Of a stretch of 64,000 nt of DNA, positions 23,607 to 33,929 are shown piece by piece. The position numbers and the translations under genes were made by a program. The notes beneath the pieces were generated by a model. That model ran no database searches. It saw only the letters and a program-made list of their open reading frames with translations, and was not told the DNA's origin. Source of the DNA: Rhizaria sp. SCN 62-66 (Eukaryota); the NCBI GenBank assembly GCA_001724265.1, contig MEDY01000660.1:1-64000 (forward strand), in the 5' to 3' direction. Numbering within the stretch: the stretch's first letter is position 1; each line of letters begins with the position of its first letter.

Positions 23607-26600
23607 TCACGTGCTGGCCTCGCCCCAGAGCCCGCGGATGAGCGCCGCCAGCGCGGGGTCGGGGCGCGTGTCCCGGTCGATGGCGAGCGTGCGCGAGCGC
23701 GGGGTGGCGCGCGCGGACGCAAGCAGCGAGGACGAGAACGCAGCCGCCGGGTCCGCGCGCACGGGCTCCTCGCTCAGCATCTCCAGCGCGGCCTCGGTCG
23801 GCACCGCGCGCGACGCCATCCCGAGCAGATCGCTGTCGGTATTCGCGGCGCCTACAGTCGCAGCGTCGCCGAAGGCGTTGTCGTCGACGCGACACACGAG
23901 CTCGCCGAAGACGAGCTGCTCGGGGCGCATCACTCCCAGCGCGCAGAGCTGCGGCGCGTCGACCTCGATCACGTACTGGCACGCCGCGACCTCGGTGACG
24001 GCTACAATCGACGCGGGGCCACGCGTCTTACCCGACGGCGGGCAGAAGAAGCGCGCCTCGGTGCGCCGCGGGGTCCCGTCGTCGCAGGCGGCGCCGCCCT
24101 CGTACCACTGCGCGATGTAGTTGTCGCTCCACTTGCCCGCCTTGACCACGGCCAGAGAGCGCGCCCACGCCGCGGCCGCCGGGTCGCGCGCCACGGGGCC
24201 CGCGGCGGCGACGGCGGCGACGGCGGCGGCGGCGGACGCGGCCACAGGCAGAGGGCCCGACGGCACGGCGCCAAGCCCGTAGCTGGCCGTCGTCTGGAAC
24301 GTCGTCTGCGGCTTATTCCCGCCCGCCGCCGTCGTCGCGGCCTGACCCTTGCCGGGGCCGGTGGTCTCGACGTGCACGTGGTACTGCACGATGTCACGCC
24401 CGGGGCACAGCGTGTACGTCCACCACCCGGCGTTGTGGGTGAGGCACCCCACCGCGGCCACGGATGACAGCGCGCGCCCGGCCTCGAGCAGCTGCAGTGG
24501 GCCAGCGGGCTCTGCGCTCGCAGCGTCCGCCGCGCCCGCACCCGCAACGGGCAGCCGCGGCGCGCGACCGCCGCTCACCGCCGCCGTGGAGGCCGGCTTC
24601 GCGGCGGTGGCGGTGGCGGGGCGGACGAGGGCCTCGCGCTCAGCCTCTGGCGCGGCGGCGAGCGCGGCGAGCGCGCAGGCGGCGTCGGTGGCCACGGTGA
24701 TGACGTAGTCGTGCGGCCGCGGCTCGCTGATGTGCGCGATCCACGCCTCCCAGCCCGCCGCGCTCACGGCGCTCTTGCCAGCCTTGCTACTGCTCTTGCT
24801 CTTGGAGTCACTCTGGCTCTTGGAGTCACTCTTGCTCTTAGGGTCACTAGCGGCAGGAGACGCAGTCGTGGGCGCAGTGGCCGTCGATGCCGTTGAGCCC
24901 TTCTTAACGTCATTGTTGTCGAGAGCACTGCGCACCTTGCCCTGCTTACCACTGTCCTTACCCTGCTTGCTGTCCTTGCTACTGCCGGCTTTGCTGGCGG
25001 TCTTGTCCTTGGCGCTGGCCCGGAGCAGGTTGCCCTCGCTGTCGGTGGCGTACGTTGTGCCACGCACCTTGCTCATGTCGACCTCGCCTTCGCTCTCGTC
25101 GTCGCCCTCGTCGTCGAGCTCGGCGCCAGCGTCGCTCTCGCTGTCATCCGCAGCCGCAGCCTCAGAGGCTTGCTGGGTATCCGTCTCCGCGGCGACAGCG
25201 GCGGCGGCCGCGTCCGCGGCCTGGCGCTCCTCCGCGGCCGCTGCAATCGCCGTCGCCGCGGCCTCGATCGCGGGCCGCGGCGGGCGCAACGCCACTGCGG
25301 GGCCCTGCGGGCGCAGGCGCGGGCGCTGCATCGCCGCCGAGGGGCACACGAAGAGCACGCGCGTGTTGCGGTGCGAGGTGCCGCCGGAGAAAAACTGCGC
25401 GTACACGCCCTCGGTCGCAATTGTGCGCGGGCCGGCGGGCAGCGAGACTGCAGGCGCAGCCGGCGTAGCAGCAGCAGCAGTAGAGGCAGCAGCAGGGGCA
25501 GGCTTAGTCGCGGTCGCGGCAGGCGCAGGCGTCGTCTCGGTCGCACTTGCACTGTCACTAAGTTGCGACTGCGCCTGTTCTGCCTGCAGCTGGCTGGCGT
25601 CCGCGGGCGCAAGCGTGAGCCCAAGCTCGTGCGCGGCGTCCTCGACCACGCCGACGATGTCGACATCAACCACGGCGTCGCCGGCCTCGGCGCCGCGCTC
25701 CATCGACTCGGCGACAATGTCCGCTGCCGTCTCGCGCAGCCGCCGCAGCGCGTCGTCGTCAAGCGCGCCCAGCCCTAGCGCAGCCAGCTCGCGCGCCATC
25801 AGACTCACGCCGTCGCCGTCGCCGTCGCCGCCGGCGGGCAGCGCGTCCAGCGGCACGGTCCCGTCGGCCCCCGCGGCGCCGATGATCACGTCCGAGTCAA
25901 AGCCCAGCGCCTCGAGCATCTCCGCCGCGCCGCGCCGCAGCCCGTCCGCGTCGCCCTCCGCGCCCGGATCACCGGCACCGGCGTTGGCGGCGGCGTTGGC
26001 GGCGTCGTTGGCGGTGAGCGCGTGGTCCGGAGCGCCCACGTCGGCGAGGAGGTCGCGCACCCACCGGTGCAGGAAGTCGGCCGGCCGCGACGACAGCGCA
26101 GCGGCGCGCGCGGCCGCGGCGGCCTCGGCGGCGGCGAGCGCCGGGGACACCGTCGTTGTCGCAGAGGCAGAGGCAGAGGCAGCGTTCGCCGACGAGTCGC
26201 TGCCAGCAGGGTTCGCGGCCGCAGCAGCAGTGGTGGCAGCTTCAGCCGCCTTAGCCTCGGCCGCCAGGTCTGCCCAGGCGCGTGCCGCGACGCCCTCGCC
26301 GCGAACGCCGGGGATGCGGGACAGCGCTGCGAAGGCCGCGGGCAGCGGGGCCGTCTCGTCCGCGCTGCTCGCCGCGTACTGGCCCAGCAGGAACGTCGTC
26401 TCGTGCGGCGCGGCGGCGCCACTGGCGCTGCCCTGCGCACGGCGGAACTGCGTCACGTTGGCGAACGGGCAGACCGCGTAGGACCAGTAGCCGTGGTCGT
26501 GCTCGACGCAGAGCCCCTGCAGCGCCGTCGCAAGCAGCTCGGCGCGCCGCGCCGCGGGCACGCGCGCGCCCAGCACGAGCTCGTCGCCGGGGGCCGCAGG

Positions 26601-27275
26601 GGCCGAGCTGGCGGCGGAGGCGGCGTCGGCGGCGGGCGAGGCGGCGCCGTAGGCCGATACGAAGGCCGGGTCCGTGCCCTGCGCTGCGAGCGCGCGCCAG
26701 TGCGCAAGCGCGGCCGGGTGCGGCGACAGCAGCGCGTCCAGCGGCGGCACGGCGGGCAGCGCGGTCGCCGACGCGGCGGGCGCGGCGGTGCCGCCCGCAG
26801 CTGCTGAGGCTGCGGCTGCGGCGGCGTCCTCGGCGGCGGCCGCGGCGGGCTCGGCGTAGCGCTGGAAGGTCTGCGCGATGGGCCGCGCGGACAGCGCGGG
26901 CACGGGGAACACAAAGCCCGCGGCGGAGGCGGCGGCGGCGCCCGAGGCGGAGCGCTGCGAGCCGAAGGGCGTGCGCAGCGGCACGGCGCAGGTGAAGTCC
27001 TGGCGCTCGATGCGAACGGGAACGGTCAGGGGGGACGCGCCGTAGTTTTGCGGGGGCAGCAGCGCGTCGGCGCGCGCGCGGTCAAAGTCCTTGCTAAGAA
27101 AACCGACAATGTACTGCGGGTCCGCGCGCGAGACGGGCGTCAGTACGGGGTACAGGTTCGCGGGGACGAGCTGAGCCAGGGCGCCTACCAGGCACGACGC
27201 GACCAGCAGCGCGAGCAGCGCTGCACGCGGCGGACGGGAGCAGCTATGCGTACCCTGAACAGGCAGGCGGCTCAT
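23607..27275 (-). CDS. ER lectin of the OS-9/ERLEC1 (XTP3-B) type with two MRH (PRKCSH) domains
   Basis: Signal peptide RAALLALLVASCLVGALA. MRH1: CVEHDHGYWSYAVCPFANVTQF..FLLGQY. MRH2: CLTHNAGWWTYTLCPGRDIVQYH..QWYEGGAACDDGTPRRTEARFFC..VTEVAACQYVIEVDAPQLC. Stop is TGA. Confidence 0.85.
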   Translation of the reverse strand: MSRLPVQGTHSCSRPPRAALLALLVASCLVGALAQLVPANLYPVLTPVSRADPQYIVGFLSKDFDRARADALLPPQNYGASPLTVPVRIERQDFTCAVPLRTPFGSQRSASGAAAASAAGFVFPVPALSARPIAQTFQRYAEPAAAAAEDAAAAAASAAAGGTAAPAASATALPAVPPLDALLSPHPAALAHWRALAAQGTDPAFVSAYGAASPAADAASAASSAPAAPGDELVLGARVPAARRAELLATALQGLCVEHDHGYWSYAVCPFANVTQFRRAQGSASGAAAPHETTFLLGQYAASSADETAPLPAAFAALSRIPGVRGEGVAARAWADLAAEAKAAEAATTAAAAANPAGSDSSANAASASASATTTVSPALAAAEAAAAARAAALSSRPADFLHRWVRDLLADVGAPDHALTANDAANAAANAGAGDPGAEGDADGLRRGAAEMLEALGFDSDVIIGAAGADGTVPLDALPAGGDGDGDGVSLMARELAALGLGALDDDALRRLRETAADIVAESMERGAEAGDAVVDVDIVGVVEDAAHELGLTLAPADASQLQAEQAQSQLSDSASATETTPAPAATATKPAPAAASTAAAATPAAPAVSLPAGPRTIATEGVYAQFFSGGTSHRNTRVLFVCPSAAMQRPRLRPQGPAVALRPPRPAIEAAATAIAAAAEERQAADAAAAAVAAETDTQQASEAAAADDSESDAGAELDDEGDDESEGEVDMSKVRGTTYATDSEGNLLRASAKDKTASKAGSSKDSKQGKDSGKQGKVRSALDNNDVKKGSTASTATAPTTASPAASDPKSKSDSKSQSDSKSKSSSKAGKSAVSAAGWEAWIAHISEPRPHDYVITVATDAACALAALAAAPEAEREALVRPATATAAKPASTAAVSGGRAPRLPVAGAGAADAASAEPAGPLQLLEAGRALSSVAAVGCLTHNAGWWTYTLCPGRDIVQYHVHVETTGPGKGQAATTAAGGNKPQTTFQTTASYGLGAVPSGPLPVAASAAAAVAAVAAAGPVARDPAAAAWARSLAVVKAGKWSDNYIAQWYEGGAACDDGTPRRTEARFFCPPSGKTRGPASIVAVTEVAACQYVIEVDAPQLCALGVMRPEQLVFGELVCRVDDNAFGDAATVGAANTDSDLLGMASRAVPTEAALEMLSEEPVRADPAAAFSSSLLASARATPRSRTLAIDRDTRPDPALAALIRGLWGEAST

Positions 27276-27989
27276 CGGCGGTTAGATGTAGCGAAATACA
27301 AGGTATACGATGATGTGGCACAAAGGGAGCGCCTTTGGGCGGAGGCGATACGAGACGAGAAGACGTCAGACGAATCTCGACGAGTTTGTCGCTGGATGAA
27401 GCCTAAACGGAGCAGTGGGAAAAAATCGAAATAAATATAAAATAAAAATGCCAGCGTTGATTTACCACAAAGAGACCCAGCCACATTAGACGAACAGGAT
27501 ATCGCGCACGATGACCGAGGATTTTGCTGACAGGAGATAGCCAGATGGCCCCCCTTTGTCGAACCGGTGGCCGTGGTTGGAACGAGCAGCAGTATTTGTG
27601 TCATTTTATGGTTGAATTGTAATTGAAGGCTGATCAGATGAAGGATTCGAGGACTAAAATATGCAGGATTCTGTTTTATTTGGGGAAAAAATGCTGCAGT
27701 CTGGAGCTATGTTTAAACTGTTATGGTTAACGTTTGACAATAACATTCGTGCGCACGAAAGAATACTGCTGACATGCAGTGCCAGTGATTATTCTTGACG
27801 TCCAAGCACGAGTAAGAGGATAAGGTAGGACAAACAAACAGAAGACAAGAGGGACACAAATATTATAAACAAGAACACAACAATAGACAAACAGAAATCA
27901 GTATTATACGGTCTATACTTGCTGTTTAGTTAGAGGAGTAATGAGTATGCGCTTAAAGGCGAAGCTGTGCGCGATCAGAAGTTGTTGCG

Positions 27990-30900
27990 TCACTGGTTGG
28001 ACACTTTCCACGCGCCGCCACTCTGGAACTGGAACGCGTTGGCGTCCGACGCGCTGCTCAGCGGCCCGGCTGCGCGCGAGTTGGACCGCGGCAGCCCGGG
28101 GGCCGGGCTCGCCGCGCCGACCCGGGACTTGGACCGGCCGCGCGCCGCCGCCGCCGCGCCCGCGCTCGCGGTGGTGCTGAACAAGGAGCGCGCGCGCGGC
28201 GAGAGCGCGCGCTCGCTCCCGAGCCCGGGGCCGGGGCCGGGCGACGGGGCGGGCTTGCGCGGCGACAGCGCGCGGCGCGGCGGCTGCGACGGCGACTGCG
28301 ACGGCGGCACCGGCAACAGCGACGGGGACAGGGCGCCGCCCGCGCGCGGCGTCGGCGACACGGTGCCGCTGGCCTTGGGGATGGCGTTTGCGGCGGCGGA
28401 TGCGGTGAGCAGCGGGGACTTGTTGGTCGACGGCGAGGTCGTGGCGTCGCTCTCACTGGCGCTGCCTACAGCAACGGTGACTCCAGCAGCGGCAGCTGCG
28501 GGCTTCACGGCTGCGGACGCGGTTGCTGCACTGGCTGCAGTTGTGGCTACGGCGGGAGTGGGGGCCGCAGCGGGTTGAGCCGGCGCCGGATGCGACTGCT
28601 GCTGCTGCTGAGGTTGCAGGAGAGAAAGCGCGGCTGCAGGCGGCATCGGGGGGTCAAAGAAACCACCGCCGTAGCCGTTGCCACCGTTGCCAGCGTTGTT
28701 ATTGTGATTGTTGCTGCTGCCGCCATAGGTGCTGAGGCTGCTCTGCGCGCGCGGCATCGACGGGCTGAACGGCTGTTGCTGTTGCTGCTGTTGCTGCTGC
28801 TGGTGGGGGTAACCACCCTGATACTGCTGCTGCTGCTGTTGTTGTTGGGGGTAGCCCTGGCCCTGATAATGCTGACCCTGGTAATGCTGCTGCTGCTGCT
28901 GCTGGTTATGATTCTGGTACTGCTGCTGGTAATGCTGCTGGAACTGCACCGGCGTGGAGCCGTACTCGGCCTCGGGCGCGCCGAGCCCGGGCCCCGCAGA
29001 CGCGGCAGCCGCGGCCGCCGCGGTGGCGGCGCGGTGGGCGCGCAGCACGCCGCCCAGGATCGGCGCGGGCGCGGCCCATGACAGCGCCTTGTCGAGCAGG
29101 CGGTGGTGCAGTGCGGGCAACAGCGGCGCGGGCGGCAGCGCGGCGGCGGGCGCCAGCACCTCGGCCGCCACAGCTGGGTCGTCCAGCAGCGGCGCGACGT
29201 CGGCAACCGTGGCCAACAACACGTCCAGCGACAGCGGCCGCGCCGCCGAGGCCGAGCCCGAGCCCGGCGCGGCGCCGGCGGCGGGGCCCGCGGGGGGCGA
29301 GCCTCTCGACACGGTGCGCGACCGCGACTGCTGCTGCTGCTGCTGGTGCTGCTGGAACTGATGCGAGTAGCCGTTGCTATTGCTATTGTTATTGCGCGCG
29401 GCGGAGGGAGCGTGAGGCAGGTCGCCCATGAGCGGCGGCAGCGGACTAACGCGGCCCTGCGCGCCGTTGCCGCCAGCGCCGGGGTACACGAGCGGCTGCT
29501 GCGGCGGCGCGGCGGCGAGCGCGGCGTCGACCGAGTTGGCGAGCTGCGGCAGCGCGGCGCGGACGACCTTAAGCGCGTTCTGCATGCGCAGCGTGGCCTG
29601 CGCAAGCGCGGCGCGGCGGCGCGCGGCGTCGCGCAGCAGCTCCGCGAGCGCGGCGGCGTGCGCGGCGACGACGCCCTCGCGCCATTCGGCCTCGCGGGCC
29701 AGCGCATCGCCCTCCTGCTGCACGGCAGACAGCCACATGTGCGTGCGCAGGCGCTCGTAGTCGTTGTGCGCGCGGACCTCGGCGCGCAGCGTGTTGAGCT
29801 GCTGCAGCAGGCGTGCCACACGCTCGCGCTCGACGCCGAGCGCCAGAGACGTCACGTGGCCCGGCAGTCCTGCCACGGGCGTCGCCCCGCCGGAGCTGAC
29901 GCTGGCGTTGAGGCCGGCGGGCACGAGCGCGGTCGACATCTCGCCGGCGCTGTGGTCGTTGCCAATGTTGCCATTGCTGTTGTAGTTAAGGAGCGGGAGC
30001 GGCACATCGACGCCCAGCAGCACCGCGTTCTCGCGAGCGATCGCCTCCGCGGCCGCCAGCGCAGTCGGGTCGATCCCGGCCGCGTCGGCCGCGCCCCACC
30101 CAGCCAGGCCGCCGGCCTGCGACGACTGCGACGGGACGAGCGCGGCGGTGGTGTCCGGCGCGTCCGCGGGCGCGAGCGAGGCCGCCGTGGTGTTGGCGGC
30201 GGCGGCCAGCGCGCGCGCCTGCTGCGCGGGGGCGGCGGCCAGCGCCGCCGAGGCCGCGGCGAGGATCTGGAGCGTTTGCTGCAGCTCGAGCCGTAGGCGC
30301 TGTACGACGAGCACCTGGTGCGCGGGCGCGAGGGCCTCCTGCGCGCGCGCGGCCTCTGCGAGCAGCGTGTCCTCGGCGGCGACGGCGGCGAGCCACGCGT
30401 CGGCCTCAGCGACGTCGGCCGGCATCGCCAGCGCCACCAGCGCGTCCGCGGGGGACGCAGCCGGCGCGGGTGCGGACGCGGGCGCGGAGGCCGGCGCCGA
30501 GGCCGGGGACGCGGAGACAGGCGCAGATGCATGCGTGGGCACGGAGACGGGGGCGGACATGGAGGGGGGCGCAGATGCGGACGAAGGCGTGGGCGGGGAA
30601 ACGGGTGTCGCAGCCGCCGACGCGGTCGCGGGCGTAGGAGCAGTGTTGGCCCCAGCTGCCGCGGGCGCCGATAGCGCTGCGGGCTGCTTGGGCGAGGATT
30701 GTTCAAAAGACGCCACAGTCGCATTGATGCTCTTAGCGCTCGCATTCGCAGCTTTGCTGTGGGGGACAAGCTGGAAGGACTTCTTCTTGGCCTTCCAGGG
30801 CTTCACGCCGACTGCGGCGGCCTCCGTGTCAATGGAAGTCGTGCTGCCGGCGTGGCCAGCCGATTCAGCGGCGGCGGCCGCGGCGTCAGCAGCAACAGCG

Positions 30901-33335
30901 GCAGCAGCGGCCGCGACAGTCGCCGACACAGACGGACGAGGAGTCTCGGCATCAGCACCAGCAGCTGTGGGCTCGGCATCGGCGCTCTCAGAAGCAGCAG
31001 CAACAGCAGCAGCAGCAGCCTCAGGCTCGCCCTTGGCCTCAGACTCAGGCTCCGACACGCTGGGCTCGCGAGGGAGCTCGCGCTTCGCCTTGGGGCTGGG
31101 GCTGGGCAGCGGGCTCGGCCCGGGACTCGCCTCCAACACGGGCGCCAGCGGACTGCCGTTGATCACGGTGTGCACCGCACCGGCGCCGATGCTGTCGTTA
31201 GCGTTGTTATTGACAGTCAGACTCGCATTCGAGAGCGGGAGCCCGACGCCGCCTGCGATGGTGGCCATGTCGCCGCAGCCCAGCTCGTCCTCGCCGCTGG
31301 CCGCGATCGCCACCGCAGGCACACTCGCCCCCGCGCCCACAGCCGCAGAGCCCTGCCACCGCTGCTGCTGCTGCTGCTGTTGCTGCTGTTGCTGCTCGGC
31401 GCTGCCGGCCGCGCTCGCAGTGCCCGGGACGGGCAGGCCGAGCCCCAGCAGGCGCTCTTGCTCGCGCCGAACTTCGCGCGCGCACACCACGACGGCGAGC
31501 GCGCGCCGCTGCAGCCGCTCCTCGGCGGCGCGCAGACGCGTCTCGCGCGTGGCAGCGAGCCGCTCGCGGCGCAGCGCCTCGCGTTCGCGCTCCAGCAGCA
31601 GGATCACGCGCGCCTGCAGCGTCGAAGTCGGGTACGGCCCCAGCGCGAAGAGCGGGTCTGCGGTCACAGGCAGCGCCGTCAGCTCGCGCGCCGCCGCCGC
31701 GGCCTCGGCGTCGGCCGCGCCGTGGCCCGGGTCCGCCGGCGAGCCCGCAGCGCCGTAGGCGGAGAGGTAGGCGCGCGCGTACGCTACGCGTGCGCGCGCG
31801 CTCATGACCGCAGCCAGCGGCGTGGGGGTGTTTTCGTCAGCGCCCGCCGAGGCAGACGCAGAGCTCGCAGTTTGCTGCTGTCCCTGCTGTGTGTGTTCCG
31901 AGGGCAGAGGCGCCATGGCGAGCGCGGCGGCGACGGCGGCGTCGGGCCCCGTCGCGAGCGCCAGTGCGGCGTCGGGCCCGTAGCGGAACGGCATCGCGGC
32001 GACTGCCAGCGAGTCCAGCTCGCTGCGCAGGCGGTCCTCCTGGGCGCGCAGAGACGCGGCCGCGGCCTCGGCTTCGGCCTTGACGGCGGCGGCTTCGGCC
32101 TTGGCGGCGGCGGCTTCGGCCTTGGCCGCTGCGGCCTCGGCCTGGGCAGTGGCGGCGGCCACAAGCGCAGCTGAGAGGGCCTCGGCAGCTTCGACAGCCG
32201 CGGCGGCAGCGGCCGCATCATGCTCGGCCCTCTTGACACCGGCAGCGGAGTCTGCGCTCTCAGAGCCCGCGGGAACGGCGGCGGACGCCGCGACCGAGGC
32301 CGTGAGCGAAGCCGCCATGGACGCGGTGATCGAGTCAATGCCGACGCTCACGCTCGCGTTCGCGGCGCCGTTGCCGGCGCCGTTGCAGGGGCCGGGCGCC
32401 GGGGACGGGGTGGGCGTCGGTGCAGCGGTGCCGGTCACGGTCGCTGTGGCGTTGCCGGCGCCCGCAGCAGCAGCGGCGGCAGCGGCAGCGGCGGCAGCAC
32501 CGGTACGGCGCGCCGAGGGGGCGGCGGGCGACGTCGAAGCGCTGGAGCCGGCGGTGACGGCGGCGGCGGCAGCAGCGGCCGCGGCGGCGCTGGCGGTGGC
32601 GCTGGCGTTGGAGTGCTTGCCCAGCCGCAGCCGCGACTGCGGGACGCCATGGGCGCCGCCGTTGTTGTTGTGGCCACTGGTGTTGCCGCTGCTGGCGTTG
32701 TTGCCGCCGACGCTGTTACTGACTGTGCCGAAGGGTTGCTGCGCCAGACGCACCGTTGTGCGGCGCGGCGACGCGCTGGTGTCTTTGCCCGCCACGGCGG
32801 AGGTGGCGGCATCCTTGCCCGCAACGGCGGCGGCGGCGACTGCGGCCGAGGCGTCGGGCGCGCCGACCGCAAGGGACGAGCGGCGGTTCGTCATCGTTAG
32901 ACGTGTGCGGCGTGCGGCGCCGGCCGCGGGCGCGGGCGCCAGTGTAGAGCGGCCCTTAACGCCCAACGTAGCAGCGCCACCGGTGGCACCGGAGCCGGTC
33001 GCAGCGGAGGGCGCAGCGGTGGCGGAGGCGGCTGTGGACGTCGACGAAGTCGATGAAGAGGAGGCACCAGCAGCTGAAGCGGCGGCAGCGGAGGCCGGCT
33101 CGTGGACGCGGGTCGGAGACACGGCGTCGGCGTCCACAGAGGCGTGCGGCTTGGTGTCGGTGAGGCGACGCGGTGACTTGAAAGTGCTCTGTTGGTGCGA
33201 GGCGGACTGCTTGGTGGGCGTGAGGCCCTCCTGCGAAGCACGCTTCGAGTCGTGGGGCGGCACGGGCCCTGCCTTGGGAGGCGAGAGCTGATGCGCTCCC
33301 GTCTGCGGGTCAATCCCTTTGGGCTTTGAGGCCAT
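27990..33335 (-). CDS. Hypothetical low-complexity protein with coiled-coil segments and poly-Q tracts
   Basis: About 1780-aa ORF with the same GC-rich codon style as its neighbours and AT-rich flanks. Helical charged segments (LLEREREALRRERL, ERERVARLLQQLNTLRAEV) and a Q/Y/H-rich tract. No family recognised. Stop is TGA. Confidence 0.7.
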   Translation of the reverse strand: MASKPKGIDPQTGAHQLSPPKAGPVPPHDSKRASQEGLTPTKQSASHQQSTFKSPRRLTDTKPHASVDADAVSPTRVHEPASAAAASAAGASSSSTSSTSTAASATAAPSAATGSGATGGAATLGVKGRSTLAPAPAAGAARRTRLTMTNRRSSLAVGAPDASAAVAAAAVAGKDAATSAVAGKDTSASPRRTTVRLAQQPFGTVSNSVGGNNASSGNTSGHNNNGGAHGVPQSRLRLGKHSNASATASAAAAAAAAAAVTAGSSASTSPAAPSARRTGAAAAAAAAAAAAGAGNATATVTGTAAPTPTPSPAPGPCNGAGNGAANASVSVGIDSITASMAASLTASVAASAAVPAGSESADSAAGVKRAEHDAAAAAAAVEAAEALSAALVAAATAQAEAAAAKAEAAAAKAEAAAVKAEAEAAAASLRAQEDRLRSELDSLAVAAMPFRYGPDAALALATGPDAAVAAALAMAPLPSEHTQQGQQQTASSASASAGADENTPTPLAAVMSARARVAYARAYLSAYGAAGSPADPGHGAADAEAAAAARELTALPVTADPLFALGPYPTSTLQARVILLLEREREALRRERLAATRETRLRAAEERLQRRALAVVVCAREVRREQERLLGLGLPVPGTASAAGSAEQQQQQQQQQQQRWQGSAAVGAGASVPAVAIAASGEDELGCGDMATIAGGVGLPLSNASLTVNNNANDSIGAGAVHTVINGSPLAPVLEASPGPSPLPSPSPKAKRELPREPSVSEPESEAKGEPEAAAAAVAAASESADAEPTAAGADAETPRPSVSATVAAAAAAVAADAAAAAAESAGHAGSTTSIDTEAAAVGVKPWKAKKKSFQLVPHSKAANASAKSINATVASFEQSSPKQPAALSAPAAAGANTAPTPATASAAATPVSPPTPSSASAPPSMSAPVSVPTHASAPVSASPASAPASAPASAPAPAASPADALVALAMPADVAEADAWLAAVAAEDTLLAEAARAQEALAPAHQVLVVQRLRLELQQTLQILAAASAALAAAPAQQARALAAAANTTAASLAPADAPDTTAALVPSQSSQAGGLAGWGAADAAGIDPTALAAAEAIARENAVLLGVDVPLPLLNYNSNGNIGNDHSAGEMSTALVPAGLNASVSSGGATPVAGLPGHVTSLALGVERERVARLLQQLNTLRAEVRAHNDYERLRTHMWLSAVQQEGDALAREAEWREGVVAAHAAALAELLRDAARRRAALAQATLRMQNALKVVRAALPQLANSVDAALAAAPPQQPLVYPGAGGNGAQGRVSPLPPLMGDLPHAPSAARNNNSNSNGYSHQFQQHQQQQQQSRSRTVSRGSPPAGPAAGAAPGSGSASAARPLSLDVLLATVADVAPLLDDPAVAAEVLAPAAALPPAPLLPALHHRLLDKALSWAAPAPILGGVLRAHRAATAAAAAAASAGPGLGAPEAEYGSTPVQFQQHYQQQYQNHNQQQQQQHYQGQHYQGQGYPQQQQQQQQYQGGYPHQQQQQQQQQQPFSPSMPRAQSSLSTYGGSSNNHNNNAGNGGNGYGGGFFDPPMPPAAALSLLQPQQQQQSHPAPAQPAAAPTPAVATTAASAATASAAVKPAAAAAGVTVAVGSASESDATTSPSTNKSPLLTASAAANAIPKASGTVSPTPRAGGALSPSLLPVPPSQSPSQPPRRALSPRKPAPSPGPGPGLGSERALSPRARSLFSTTASAGAAAAARGRSKSRVGAASPAPGLPRSNSRAAGPLSSASDANAFQFQSGGAWKVSNQ

Positions 33336-33929
33336 GGGACGTTGCACAGACGTGCTGAAGATCGAAGAAGGGACTGGATACAGGCAAGCAGGGGCAAAAT
33401 AAGATTGCTAAGGATGAGTCGTTATTTTGATCGGCCAATTAAGAATAAAAATAACAAGACAAAGAAGTGACAAAGAGGTGCGCCATGATAGATATGAAAT
33501 CGCGACACATAATTTTATATTATCAAATTAAAGTATGCACAGAACACCTCATTAAACAGCATGGGTGCTCGTATTTAGTGCATGTTGAGTCGATTCGCGG
33601 TGACCATCGGAGTAATCCTTTTAGTCGTCTGTGAGTTGTTGACTGGCCTCTTAGTGGAGTCAAGAAAAAGCAAAGTTAAGACAATAGAAGCCGTCATTCC
33701 GGATTTTACTGTCCTCATTCGAAGCAATTATTATGTTTGTGTTTTTTAATTTTATTACACACGCACTAGTGTGCGTTTGTGTTGTACTCATATTGTTCGT
33801 AAGTTGAGTAGGTGGTTGGTTCAAAGGAGCAACATCTCACACTTTCCTTCTTAAACACGCTTCAGTCTTGGTTTTTTGCATAGCTATACTTCCCCACAAG
33901 GAGCACTCGTCTACGTTTACCTTCGTTCA

